Assembly: GCA_038065635.1 (NCBI GenBank)
Contig: JBBTQP010000067.1
Span: 1-53,911, forward strand
Source: Patescibacteria group bacterium
GTDB lineage: Bacteria; Patescibacteriota; Patescibacteriia; 2-12-FULL-60-25
DNA length: 53,911 bases
Reading direction: 5' to 3'
Under the pieces are notes generated by a model. The model was not told the DNA's origin. It was given only the letters and a program-made list of their open reading frames with translations, and made no database searches. The position numbers and the translations under genes are program-made. Numbering within the stretch: position 1 is the stretch's first letter; each line of letters begins with the position of its first letter. This document shows positions 7,411 to 15,771 of the stretch, in pieces.

Positions 7411-9252
7411 TTAGTATAACAGATGAATGACGCCGGCTCGAATCTGCGTTGAGAGTTCCGGTTTGGAGATTTCGGCTATATGTTCAAGCCGGGCTTTGCG
7501 TTCATCTCCAGTCAATAATTGCGGCTGACTCGCAGTGATCTTGATCGGAAAAAGATGCATCTCGCTCCCCTTGTCCGAGAGCTCCAATCCTACCACCAAA
7601 CCGAGATTTGTTTCTTCGGACCAATCCTGATCGAAAATAAAATTGCCAAGCGAGTATGCGATCGGATGACCTCGATATTCTTCCACGGACTGAACCCAGT
7701 GAGGATGCGAACCGATAACCGCGTCCACTCCCTGATCGATAAACCAATGCGCGAGCTCAACCTGCGCCGTGTCCGGTTTCGCCTTGTACTCCTGACCCCA
7801 GTGCATAAACACGACAGTATGTCCCGCCTGACGCTTGGCGGATTCAATCGCCGCGCTCGCAGCATCGCGATCAAACGGATTGTCCGTGGTATTGAATCCG
7901 AGAAGCGCAACTTTCTGCCCGCGCGATTCTATCACAGCCAGTGACGACGCTTCATCGTCCATCACCTCGTCGCCAAACGAGACAATTCCCGCTTCGTGCA
8001 GCAAACGCTTGGATTCCTCGGCGCCCTGTCGTCCTTGATCAAGCGTATGATTGTTCGCCTGCGATACCGCATCGATTCCGATGTCGCGCAAAGTTTTCAA
8101 AATAATCGGATCAAACGCAAAATCGATAGACTTCTCCGGCGGTCGACGAACGGGCGTCACAGGCCCTTCGAGATTTGCGATCACCGCATCTTGCCCGTTG
8201 AAAAATCGATCCTCCTGACCGCGTATTTTCTCAAAGGTATATTCCGAATCTTTGGATCTACTTACACGATCCGCAACGTGACGATCAAACATCATGTCGC
8301 CTAAAAACAACAAGTTCACGACTCGTTGCTTGATGATGGGTCCCGGTGCGAAGGATGCCAAAACGTGACTCGTGGATTCTTGCGCGATCGTCGCATGCAA
8401 TAATCGCAAAGAATTTGTATGATCGTGAATCGTAACGTCTCCCAATTCCAAATTACGCGCAACGTTAAGCGCCACCCCTAACGCTCCGGGTGAATCGATC
8501 TCTACTAGATCAGCTTCACGATCCGCGAGCGAGCGTACGACGTCTAGCGCGAGTTCATCATGAAAATCCGCGACCTCGGCCGGAAGGTAATGGGAAAAAT
8601 CTATACTCGCGATAATCAACGCGTTCGGATCGGCAGTGAGTTGTTCCGTTAGAGCTTTCGCCAGCGCCTCGCGGTCACTGATAGAAGCGTCGAGACGCAC
8701 GATTACCGGCACGACCGAAACGCGCGGCCACGCGGACGCGATGAACGGTACGATATTGGAAATGCCATGTTCTTTTTCAAAAGGGTGATCATCAAGCCGC
8801 ATTCCTGTTACGCCATCGAGAAGTTGCCTAACTTTTTTTGAAGATCCGCTAACGTCCCCGGCTACTGTCGAGAAATCCTTGTCCGTAGCCGTGAATGCAG
8901 ATGTCCCCTGTGTGAAATGATCCGGAGCGATGAGATAGACGACTGATGGCGCCTTCGTTGCGGAAATAAGCGAAGCGATTTCACGCGCGGCAACGAGATG
9001 ATGTGGCAGGATAAGAATGCGCGTGCCTTCTTTCGCTTTCCAATGACGAATCACGCCGAAAGATTGTTCGAGCAAATCGGATGAGACGTTCGGCGTCTGT
9101 AGCAGTTCGGATACGGGAGATTCGGATACTTGGATCGGAGATTTTTCCGAAGCTGACGTACGCAAAATATTCGGCGCTACGACAACTCCCACGCCAAGAC
9201 CGATCCAAAGTCCAAGAGCCGCAGTAAACGCTACGCGACGGCGGTGAACCAT
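7411..9252 (-). CDS. membrane-anchored fusion protein: Memo-like (AmmeMemoRadiSam B-type) domain plus CapA/PGA_cap metallophosphatase-like domain
   Basis: N-terminal half: ILILPHHLVAAREIA..LIAPDHF, EHGISNIVPFIA, ASIDFSHYLP (Memo-like). C-terminal half: LLFLGDMMFDRHV, ANLEGPV, SQANNHTLDQG, MHWGQEY, GSHPHWVQ, YSLGNFIFDQ (CapA-like). Start at MVHRRR followed by a TM helix. Confidence 0.75.
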   Translation of the reverse strand: MVHRRRVAFTAALGLWIGLGVGVVVAPNILRTSASEKSPIQVSESPVSELLQTPNVSSDLLEQSFGVIRHWKAKEGTRILILPHHLVAAREIASLISATKAPSVVYLIAPDHFTQGTSAFTATDKDFSTVAGDVSGSSKKVRQLLDGVTGMRLDDHPFEKEHGISNIVPFIASAWPRVSVVPVIVRLDASISDREALAKALTEQLTADPNALIIASIDFSHYLPAEVADFHDELALDVVRSLADREADLVEIDSPGALGVALNVARNLELGDVTIHDHTNSLRLLHATIAQESTSHVLASFAPGPIIKQRVVNLLFLGDMMFDRHVADRVSRSKDSEYTFEKIRGQEDRFFNGQDAVIANLEGPVTPVRRPPEKSIDFAFDPIILKTLRDIGIDAVSQANNHTLDQGRQGAEESKRLLHEAGIVSFGDEVMDDEASSLAVIESRGQKVALLGFNTTDNPFDRDAASAAIESAKRQAGHTVVFMHWGQEYKAKPDTAQVELAHWFIDQGVDAVIGSHPHWVQSVEEYRGHPIAYSLGNFIFDQDWSEETNLGLVVGLELSDKGSEMHLFPIKITASQPQLLTGDERKARLEHIAEISKPELSTQIRAGVIHLLY

Positions 9253-9677
9253 ACAGCCATGATCCCGTAGAAAAGCATTCCCCAAAAGACGCAAGAAAGA
9301 AGCAGGTCGACCGGAAACCATGCGTCTTCTTTTACGCCGAAAAGACCATGACCCTCAAGCGGCAACAGAATGCCGCCGATAATAAGCGTCAAAATCATTG
9401 ACCAGCCGAGCAACGGAAAAAGCCCGAACCCGGAGACCACGCCGATATCCACTAAAAAACCGTAACCTACACCGGCAATGGCGGAAACCAAAAGATGAAC
9501 GAACATTCCGACGAAGTGCGCCTCTCGCCTGTCCATAGCCTTCCCAAAAAAATGCGGACGATCAAGGTCTCTGATGAAATTTCCTGCGCCAATATACGGA
9601 GCGACGTGCGAAATGAACAGCAAAATAGCGCCGGCTGAAACGCCTGCCGCGAGAGATGAAAAGAGAAGTTCGGACAT
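9231..9677 (-). CDS. hypothetical integral membrane protein (4 TM)
   Basis: 148-aa ATG ORF that is very hydrophobic. It overlaps the next gene start by 22 nt. Confidence 0.6.
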   Translation of the reverse strand: MSELLFSSLAAGVSAGAILLFISHVAPYIGAGNFIRDLDRPHFFGKAMDRREAHFVGMFVHLLVSAIAGVGYGFLVDIGVVSGFGLFPLLGWSMILTLIIGGILLPLEGHGLFGVKEDAWFPVDLLLSCVFWGMLFYGIMAVWFTAVA

Positions 9678-9689
9678 ATCGGAACAAGA

Positions 9690-9782
9690 GTTATCAAACC
9701 ATGAAAAAAACTTATCGAAGCGAGGACTGTTTGAGCGAAGCGAGTTCCGCAGCGAGAGAAGTTTTTTTCATGGTTTGATAAC
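9690..9782. repeat. long perfect hairpin, copy 1: 24-bp stem enclosing a conserved 41-nt GCGAG-rich loop core
   Basis: 9690-9713 gttatcaaaccatgaaaaaaactt is the exact reverse complement of 9759-9782. The loop core at 9717-9757 is identical to 29663-29703. Confidence 0.9.
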
Positions 9783-9797
9783 GATTACTGCCACCGA

Positions 9798-10664
9798 CTA
9801 ATTCGGCAACACAACTATCATATACGCTTTTCCGGACGAGACCGTATCTTTAGAACCGGTCCAATCGTGCGCCGCGTTCATGATAGTCAGCGGATCGTAC
9901 AAATATCCTTCTCCCTTTCGCGTTCCCGGATCGTTCGTTATGAACTTCTCTCCGGTATATCCGCGAATCACCAACATGTGGTACGGAGGCCCTCCGTTTT
10001 TATAATTCGGATTGCCCAGCATCTTTCCGGCAAACGGTATGATTACAGGATAGCCGAGCGCTAGAGGTTTCTTTATTTCTTCAACGCTCGTGAGCGGCTT
10101 CACGATGACGCGAGTATAACCGTAAGCTTCTTTGATGAACTTCGCCGTCTGTTCCGCAGTCGTGTCTTCGTAAAATCCGTAGTTCTTTTTTTCAAAAGCC
10201 ACGAGATCCAAAATCGCCTTGTCCGCGCGATCTACCGGAATCTTCCCGTGTTCTCCGCGATAATAGCCGTCAACCATTATTGCAGACGCCTCCTCGCACG
10301 CTTCCTGATAAGGCATGTCCCAATTGGAATTCGGCGCCTGCGTCGTGAATGGTACGTCCAAGTTAACTTCGGCCGGAAGTTTTCCTGTAAACGCGAGCGG
10401 ATCGCCAGCTGCTTTTTTTGCCGTCGGATTGGTTTCGAGTGCGTAATGCTCGGACGCGGACAATCCTCCCTCCACCGGAGACGGAGCTGATGGAACGACT
10501 TCGTTTGCTGTTTCTTTTTCTGGCACGAACGCAGTGGCCGTAGGAAGTTTTGGCGCGCGCCATTCTTCCCACGCATCGCGAATAGCAACGCGCGAAAAAT
10601 ATCCGAACGTCGCTGCCGCGATTATCGCGACCGCAAGTAATAACTTTACTCTTCGTGCAATCAT
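9798..10664 (-). CDS. secreted peptidase C39-like domain protein
   Basis: N-terminal TM/signal. LDVPFTTQAPNSNWDMPYQEACEEAS (Cys), PPYHMLVIRGY (His) and ITNDPG follow the Peptidase_C39_2 pattern. Confidence 0.6.
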   Translation of the reverse strand: MIARRVKLLLAVAIIAAATFGYFSRVAIRDAWEEWRAPKLPTATAFVPEKETANEVVPSAPSPVEGGLSASEHYALETNPTAKKAAGDPLAFTGKLPAEVNLDVPFTTQAPNSNWDMPYQEACEEASAIMVDGYYRGEHGKIPVDRADKAILDLVAFEKKNYGFYEDTTAEQTAKFIKEAYGYTRVIVKPLTSVEEIKKPLALGYPVIIPFAGKMLGNPNYKNGGPPYHMLVIRGYTGEKFITNDPGTRKGEGYLYDPLTIMNAAHDWTGSKDTVSSGKAYMIVVLPN

Positions 10665-11383
10665 TATTTTTTCTTCTCAATCTTAACTTCCAACATCTTG
10701 TCTCCAACCGCAATCTTATCGACAACGTCTTGTCCGGAAATCACGCGCCCAAAAATGGAATAAGCAGGAGGAAGCGGTGTGTCTCCAAGCATAATAAAGA
10801 ATTGCGAACCGTTCGTATTAGGCCCAGAATTCGCCATCGCCACGATTCCCTTATTATACGGAAGTTTCACGGCATCGTCTCCAAACTGATAACCAGGACC
10901 GCCTGTTCCGTATCGACGCAACGCATCCTCCGGACCGCGCGTATTCGGATCTCCACCTTGGATTACGAATCCAGATTCCACGCGATGGAACATTAAACCG
11001 TCGTAAAATTTCAACTTCGCGAGATAAACAAAGTTGGACGCGGCGTTCGGCCCTTCTTTCGGAAGAATCTCAAACTTGATGTCGCCTTTATCCGTATGGA
11101 TCGTGGCGACCATATTAGCTGTTTCTGATTCAGGAAGAACCCCGGGAAACGCAAGTGTTTCTTGTGTCATGGATTTTTCATTAGTTTGTGATTCGGATGT
11201 TGATGTTGCCGGTTCCGGCGTAGGATCAGGAGCTGGCTGCTCTGCAGGAGGTGTTGCTTCGGGTATTACGGTTTCTAGTGGCTGAACAATCACTTCCGGC
11301 GGACCCCAGCAACCTGCACCGACAAGAGCGATGGTGGTTAGAATGATAGAAAACGGGACTAAACGGGATGTTGAGCTTTTCAT
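10664..11383 (-). CDS. peptidyl-prolyl cis-trans isomerase, cyclophilin type, probable lipoprotein
   Basis: FHRVESGFVIQGGDP, GTGGPGYQFGDD, GIVAMANSGPNTNGSQFFI. Signal peptide ending LVGAGC. Confidence 0.9.
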   Translation of the reverse strand: MKSSTSRLVPFSIILTTIALVGAGCWGPPEVIVQPLETVIPEATPPAEQPAPDPTPEPATSTSESQTNEKSMTQETLAFPGVLPESETANMVATIHTDKGDIKFEILPKEGPNAASNFVYLAKLKFYDGLMFHRVESGFVIQGGDPNTRGPEDALRRYGTGGPGYQFGDDAVKLPYNKGIVAMANSGPNTNGSQFFIMLGDTPLPPAYSIFGRVISGQDVVDKIAVGDKMLEVKIEKKK

Positions 11384-11477
11384 ATTATGAAGAAAATCAT
11401 ACCACTAATACAGGTATTTTTACATCGTTAATACGCTTGAATCCGAAAAAAACAAGCTAGTCTATGTTATCAAAAAA

Positions 11478-11708
11478 CTAGTTCGTATCTTCAGGCTTCC
11501 TTTTTAATTTCTCGACTTGTTCTGTACTAAACTCATAACACTTCTCTGCTAATTCCCTCAAACCTCCTCCGGCCATTGCCCCGAGTAACGAATGAAGAAC
11601 GACCGCTAAAGCTTTTTGATCGCTTTTCTCCGCTTCATTGACCAGCTTCTTGAGTTCTCCCCTAAAATAGGCAGCATCTTTATTTTCCGGAGACTTAGGT
11701 CTTTCCAT
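11478..11708 (-). CDS. hypothetical small protein
   Basis: 76-aa ATG ORF, helical and charged. No family recognised. Confidence 0.4.
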   Translation of the reverse strand: MERPKSPENKDAAYFRGELKKLVNEAEKSDQKALAVVLHSLLGAMAGGGLRELAEKCYEFSTEQVEKLKRKPEDTN

Positions 11709-11784
11709 ATATTCTTATAGTTAAATGATTTATTAATATAAGCATATCATATTTATTTATTCATTCACACGGTAGTCTGTTTCT

Positions 11785-11862
11785 GTCATCCTCGCGTAGG
11801 CGGGGATCCAGACAGTGAACAATACACAATTTTATCTGGATTCCCGCCTACGCGGGAATGAC
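11785..11862. repeat. family B palindromic repeat (gtcatcctcgcg...ggatccaga / tctggattcccgc...gggaatgac), complete copy
   Basis: Arms at 11785-11812 and 11835-11862 are near reverse complements. Confidence 0.85.
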
Positions 11863-11885
11863 ACGGTCGGGTGTCCAACACCCTA

Positions 11886-12872
11886 CTATGCCTCCCACGG
11901 CAATCCCGCCTCACCCGCAAATCCCCAAAGCGCGGCTTCGTAATTCAATCCGGGACGTAGCCAGTCGCGGACGCGTGCGAGATTCAAATCTTCTTTTTGC
12001 AACTTGGACGAGCAATCGCGTCCGCGTTCATCTTTAGCGAGAATAAATATCGGATTTTCATCACCGGGATTGTATACGAGCTGAACCAAGGCGGCTCGCG
12101 CTCCGTCGCGAACGATCTTCAGCGCGGCCGCTCGCGCAATCCACGCTCCGGCTTTTTCCACGCTCATGGCATCGTGTCCCGATGTCGAAACATTAAACGG
12201 AACCAGAGATCCATACGGAGAAACTCCGCGGCCGGATGATCCCGTCTGTCCTGCCAATCCCCTTTGCTCGCGCGGACCGGTAGGATTTACTTCGAGCTTC
12301 TCGTTTTCGAAAAGCGATGCGAGTTCCGTAGCCACGCGTTCGCGCACAATTTCCAATGGTTCGTTTCCGTGTTCAACGGAAACTATGACGTGCGACGGAC
12401 GTGAATCCTCTGCCTGAACTGTAACCTCTGCATCCGGTCCAAGCCAAAACCATTCCGGATCATTCGATCGTTTTTCTTGAAGGCGTTTCGCTACGCGGCG
12501 AGCAAGAGCCGCAGGAAGCGGAATGAGTTCTTGAGTTTCAGATGTCGCATATCCGGTAACCGTAACTGGAGTGTCGCAAGCCAAACGACGTTCTGCGACT
12601 TGCGGCGCTGCAACCGGTTCGATAGACACAAATGGTTCAAGTTCTTCCGTGATACCGAGCGACCCTGCCGCGCGTTTTGCAATTGCGGAAACATCAAAAT
12701 CCGCCTGCGATAAAACATCGCCTGCGATAAAAAGCAGTCCGCGCCCACCGGAAACCGAAAGCCGAATCCGCGCTTCGGCATCGCGGCGCGCATATTCGTC
12801 AACAATCGCCTCGGCGATAAGCTCGCAGGCATGATCCGGATGGCCAGGTAGTCGCGCTGTTGCTGTTCGCAT
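11886..12872 (-). CDS. S-adenosylmethionine synthetase (MetK)-like protein with degenerate signature motifs
   Basis: Collinear with MetK: GHPDHACELIAEAIVDE, VTGYATSETQELIPLPAALARRV, NPTGP, TSGHDAMSVEKAGAWIARAAALKIV, GLPWE. GAGDQG is absent and several motif lysines are replaced. The track start (12881) is a TTG; the first ATG is at 12872. Confidence 0.65.
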   Translation of the reverse strand: MRTATARLPGHPDHACELIAEAIVDEYARRDAEARIRLSVSGGRGLLFIAGDVLSQADFDVSAIAKRAAGSLGITEELEPFVSIEPVAAPQVAERRLACDTPVTVTGYATSETQELIPLPAALARRVAKRLQEKRSNDPEWFWLGPDAEVTVQAEDSRPSHVIVSVEHGNEPLEIVRERVATELASLFENEKLEVNPTGPREQRGLAGQTGSSGRGVSPYGSLVPFNVSTSGHDAMSVEKAGAWIARAAALKIVRDGARAALVQLVYNPGDENPIFILAKDERGRDCSSKLQKEDLNLARVRDWLRPGLNYEAALWGFAGEAGLPWEA

Positions 12873-12925
12873 AAGAACCAAACGTTAGCGCGAATTGGGA
12901 TTTTTTTCAACTGTGCGGGTTACAA

Positions 12926-12999
12926 AACCTCCCCTAACCCCTCCTTCGTAAGGAGGGGGATTAATCCTCCCCCTTGCGAAGGGGGAGTTAGAGGGGGTT
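12926..12999. repeat. family C G/C-rich compound palindrome (cctcccctaac..ccctccttcgtaaggaggg..tcccccttgcgaaggggga..gttagaggggg)
   Basis: Two internal hairpins flanked by an outer imperfect stem. Related copies at 17882-17935 and 36146-36200. Confidence 0.85.
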
Positions 13000-13010
13000 A
13001 TTCCCCGTAT

Positions 13011-15116
13011 TTATGAATTCGGCGGCAGCTTCTTCATTGTCGACTTGAAGACCGTCTTCGTAGCCGCTCTTTCTTGCCTCGGCGCGTTCCCGTACCCGTC
13101 GATTCGTATTGTTTTCTCCTGATAAAAATCATCGCCGTCCCAACGAGACTCTCGTTCCGGTGGACGCAAAAATCCGGATCCGAATGAATCCCGCACCTCT
13201 ATTCGCTCAGTGAGATACGGCGGTAGTTCTTGCAAAAAAATTGATGGTGGCGCGAATGAAAGTCCTTCACCCGCTCGTGTTGCCGAGTAAGTAAGATAGA
13301 GATTTCTTCGAGCGCGAGTTACGGCGACGTAAAAAAGCCGCCTCTCCTCTTCCATCTGCGCATCATCATCCATGGCGTATCTACTAGGAAACGCGGATTC
13401 CATAAGATGCATCACGAAAACCGTGTCCCACTCAAGGCCTTTTGCTTGATGAACCGTCGATAGAACCATGCGTTCGTCATTCGGACTCGCTCCGCGCGAC
13501 GAACCGATAGCATCGTCGAACAACGCGATATCGCCAAGAAAAGAATTGGCGTCCTTATAACCTTCTGCGAACACCGCGAGCTGTTCAAGATCATCCATTC
13601 GTTCTCGCCAATCCGGAAATTCGCGTTCGAGATAGTCCGCATATGTGGACTTGATGATGGCTCGTACGATTCGCGAAGGATCGCTTTCAGCATTCGCGGT
13701 TCTTATCATCGCCAAACACGATTCCATCCCACCACGCGCTCGATCCGGAAGCGCTAGAGAATTCCCGCCTTCCAAAACTTCTCCGATCGTTCCTACCTCT
13801 CGCGTCATCGCTGCTATTCTCGCGGCCATGGTCGCGCCGATCCCCTGTTGCATTTGCAAAAGCCGAAGCCACGCGGATTCGTCGCGCGGATTTTGTATGA
13901 CGCGAAGACACGCTAAAACGTCTTTGATATGCGCGCGTCCGAAAAACCTGACGCCGCCGCGATAATCATAAGGGATATCGCGCTTCATCAACTCCATTTC
14001 CAAAATATGGGAGTGCGCGGAACTGCGAAACAACACCGCCATTCCTGCGAGCGCAGCTCCCTCGTTACGAAGTCGCAAAACCTGTTCCGCGATAAATCGC
14101 GCTTCCTGATGCGCCGTGCCGAACGATCCTACGATCGGTTTTTTTCCGCGAGGTAAAAGTCCTATCAAATCTTTTTGAAACTGCGCACGATTTTGCGAAA
14201 GAGAAGCGTTTGCCAAATCAAGAATATCCGGAGTTGAACGATAATTAGTTAAAAGCTTATGCACTTTCGCGTCCGGCCATTCTTCCGGAAAACGGAGTAT
14301 GTTCTTAATATCCGCGCCACGAAAAGAATAAATAGATTGCGCATCGTCCCCCACCACGAAAGCATTGCGATGAGTCCGCGCGAGTCCTGACACTATATTC
14401 GCTTGAAGCGCGTTCGTGTCCTGATATTCGTCAACAAGGATGTGTCGAAAACGCGCGGACATTGCAACTCCGATTTCCGGATGGTGAATTAACGTGAGCC
14501 AATTACCGAGAAGATCGTCGAAATCCATTGCCTGCGAAGCGCGTTTGCGTTCTTCATACAAACGTCGGACCTCCGTGATTTCGGTTAGACGATCTTCAAG
14601 ATGCGGATACCTCTCTTCAAGAACTTTCTCCATCGGCTGAACCGTATTTTTGCAAAAAGAAATCACGTCCTGCAAAACCGCCGGCGATGGGAACCTTCGC
14701 GAAGTTACGTCAAACGACGCGTCTTTCAAAATCGCTTTGAGCAAACTCCGCGAATCTTCCTGATCAAGAATCGTGAACGCGGACGAGTATCCGCAGGCGG
14801 CGGCGGAACCACGAAGGATTCTGTGCGCGATAGAGTGGAAAGTCCCGGCCCACAAACCATGAGCGATCGTACCGAGACGTGATCCGACTCGCTCGCGCAT
14901 TTCCCTCGCCGCTTTATTCGTAAAAGTTAGAAGCAATATTGATGACGGATCTTCTCCGCGTTCCAAAAGATGCGCTACTCGATACAAAATAGTCCGCGTT
15001 TTTCCAGATCCTGCACCGGCAAGAACAAGGCACGGTCCGTCGCCGTTTATCACCGCGTTCAGTTGCTCTTGATTCAGCTCTTGCGAGTATGAAATGGGAC
15101 GAAGATTCGTTTGCAT
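13011..15116 (-). CDS. ATP-dependent DNA helicase, UvrD/PcrA/Rep family
   Basis: LAGAGSGKTRT (Walker A), ILLLTFTNKAAREM, HILVDEYQDTN, VGDDAQSIYSFRGA, TVHQAKGLEWD, YVAVTRAR. Start taken at MQTNLRPISY (ATG 15114-15116); the upstream track extension runs through repeat A. Confidence 0.9.
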   Translation of the reverse strand: MQTNLRPISYSQELNQEQLNAVINGDGPCLVLAGAGSGKTRTILYRVAHLLERGEDPSSILLLTFTNKAAREMRERVGSRLGTIAHGLWAGTFHSIAHRILRGSAAACGYSSAFTILDQEDSRSLLKAILKDASFDVTSRRFPSPAVLQDVISFCKNTVQPMEKVLEERYPHLEDRLTEITEVRRLYEERKRASQAMDFDDLLGNWLTLIHHPEIGVAMSARFRHILVDEYQDTNALQANIVSGLARTHRNAFVVGDDAQSIYSFRGADIKNILRFPEEWPDAKVHKLLTNYRSTPDILDLANASLSQNRAQFQKDLIGLLPRGKKPIVGSFGTAHQEARFIAEQVLRLRNEGAALAGMAVLFRSSAHSHILEMELMKRDIPYDYRGGVRFFGRAHIKDVLACLRVIQNPRDESAWLRLLQMQQGIGATMAARIAAMTREVGTIGEVLEGGNSLALPDRARGGMESCLAMIRTANAESDPSRIVRAIIKSTYADYLEREFPDWRERMDDLEQLAVFAEGYKDANSFLGDIALFDDAIGSSRGASPNDERMVLSTVHQAKGLEWDTVFVMHLMESAFPSRYAMDDDAQMEEERRLFYVAVTRARRNLYLTYSATRAGEGLSFAPPSIFLQELPPYLTERIEVRDSFGSGFLRPPERESRWDGDDFYQEKTIRIDGYGNAPRQERAATKTVFKSTMKKLPPNS

Positions 15117-15141
15117 TGCCAAAGGGTACATTAAAAAATGT

Positions 15142-15176
15142 GTCATTGCGAGGAGGATTGTGCGACGCGGCAATCT
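15142..15176. repeat. family A repeat, solo arm
   Basis: gtcattgcgaggaggattgtgcgacgcggcaatct. Confidence 0.85.
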
Positions 15177-15180
15177 TCGT

Positions 15181-15220
15181 ATAAAGAAACAGCCCGCCGA
15201 GAACATCTCGACGGGCGTTT
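15181..15220 (-). terminator. probable intrinsic terminator of the 146-aa gene
   Basis: On the minus strand: aaacgcccgtcgag-atgtt-ctcggcgggctgttt (imperfect stem) followed by tctttat. Confidence 0.45.
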
Positions 15221-15237
15221 CCTCCTGCAAGGAGCTG

Positions 15238-15678
15238 TTAGGCGGCCACGCGCTTGCCGGCCGCCTTTGAATAAATGATGTTTCCGCGGACGATGCGCGT
15301 AAGTGCGCCTTCGCGGCGGATACGGAGTCGGAACAGGCGCCACACCTCTTCACGGAAATACGCCGGTTGCCAGACGCCGTCACACATCCGAATGGCCGCG
15401 TTCAAACGAGCCTTTGCCTCATACGTCCAGAATCCAGTCTGAGCGTAAAGGAACTTTTCCAGCGTCACGTGACACGCAAGAAGCGTGATCGCGTCTTGGG
15501 TCACGCTACCCTGCAGCACCATGCTACGCAGAGCCCAATCGAGCGTACGCGCCTTGTCGAACTCGGCAGCGCGTTTCAATACCTTCAGTCCGTCTTCCTC
15601 GTCTGGCTGCCCAGACGAATTCGAATCAACAAGCGAGGCATGAATCATTGGAACGTTCATCGTTCCCTCGAAAGACAT
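15238..15678 (-). CDS. hypothetical protein (orphan)
   Basis: 146-aa ATG ORF preceded by a strong SD (agaaggaggaagagATG) and followed by a hairpin. No family recognised. Confidence 0.55.
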   Translation of the reverse strand: MSFEGTMNVPMIHASLVDSNSSGQPDEEDGLKVLKRAAEFDKARTLDWALRSMVLQGSVTQDAITLLACHVTLEKFLYAQTGFWTYEAKARLNAAIRMCDGVWQPAYFREEVWRLFRLRIRREGALTRIVRGNIIYSKAAGKRVAA

Positions 15679-15771
15679 CTCTTCCTCCTTCTAACTTTCT
15701 TGTAAGCGTTCCTATTTCCCACCGAGGGGCTCAACGAGAACCGCGTAATAAACCATGTTTTGACGTTTCTG

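Noticed and set aside
9690-9782. Integron attC site interpretation of the GTTATC...GATAAC hairpins.
   Set aside because: attC sites have RYYYAAC at the left and GTTRRRY at the right, with AAC/GTT facing inward. Here GTT and AAC face outward. No integrase is present, and the central region rather than the ends is conserved.
12882-13010. SAM riboswitch upstream of the MetK-like gene.
   Set aside because: The spacer is almost entirely the family C palindrome, which also occurs at unrelated loci. No SAM-I/II-like conserved core was recognisable.
15117-15383. N-terminal extensions of track ORFs. Affected genes: helicase 15117-15383, gpmI 19522-19677, xseA 5476-5706, PAP2 17124-17210, ftsZ 31601-31687, rpsU 50352-50378 and the 616-aa protein 7281-7328.
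   Set aside because: The extensions run through palindromic repeats or the upstream gene's end and lack homology. Conserved N-termini begin at internal ATGs placed right after the upstream stop.
15238-15678. The 146-aa gene as a second horizontally acquired high-GC island.
   Set aside because: It has its own strong SD and hairpin terminator. However, counted lines give about 50-60% GC, which is not clearly different from the neighbouring helicase gene. It is kept as an orphan CDS only.
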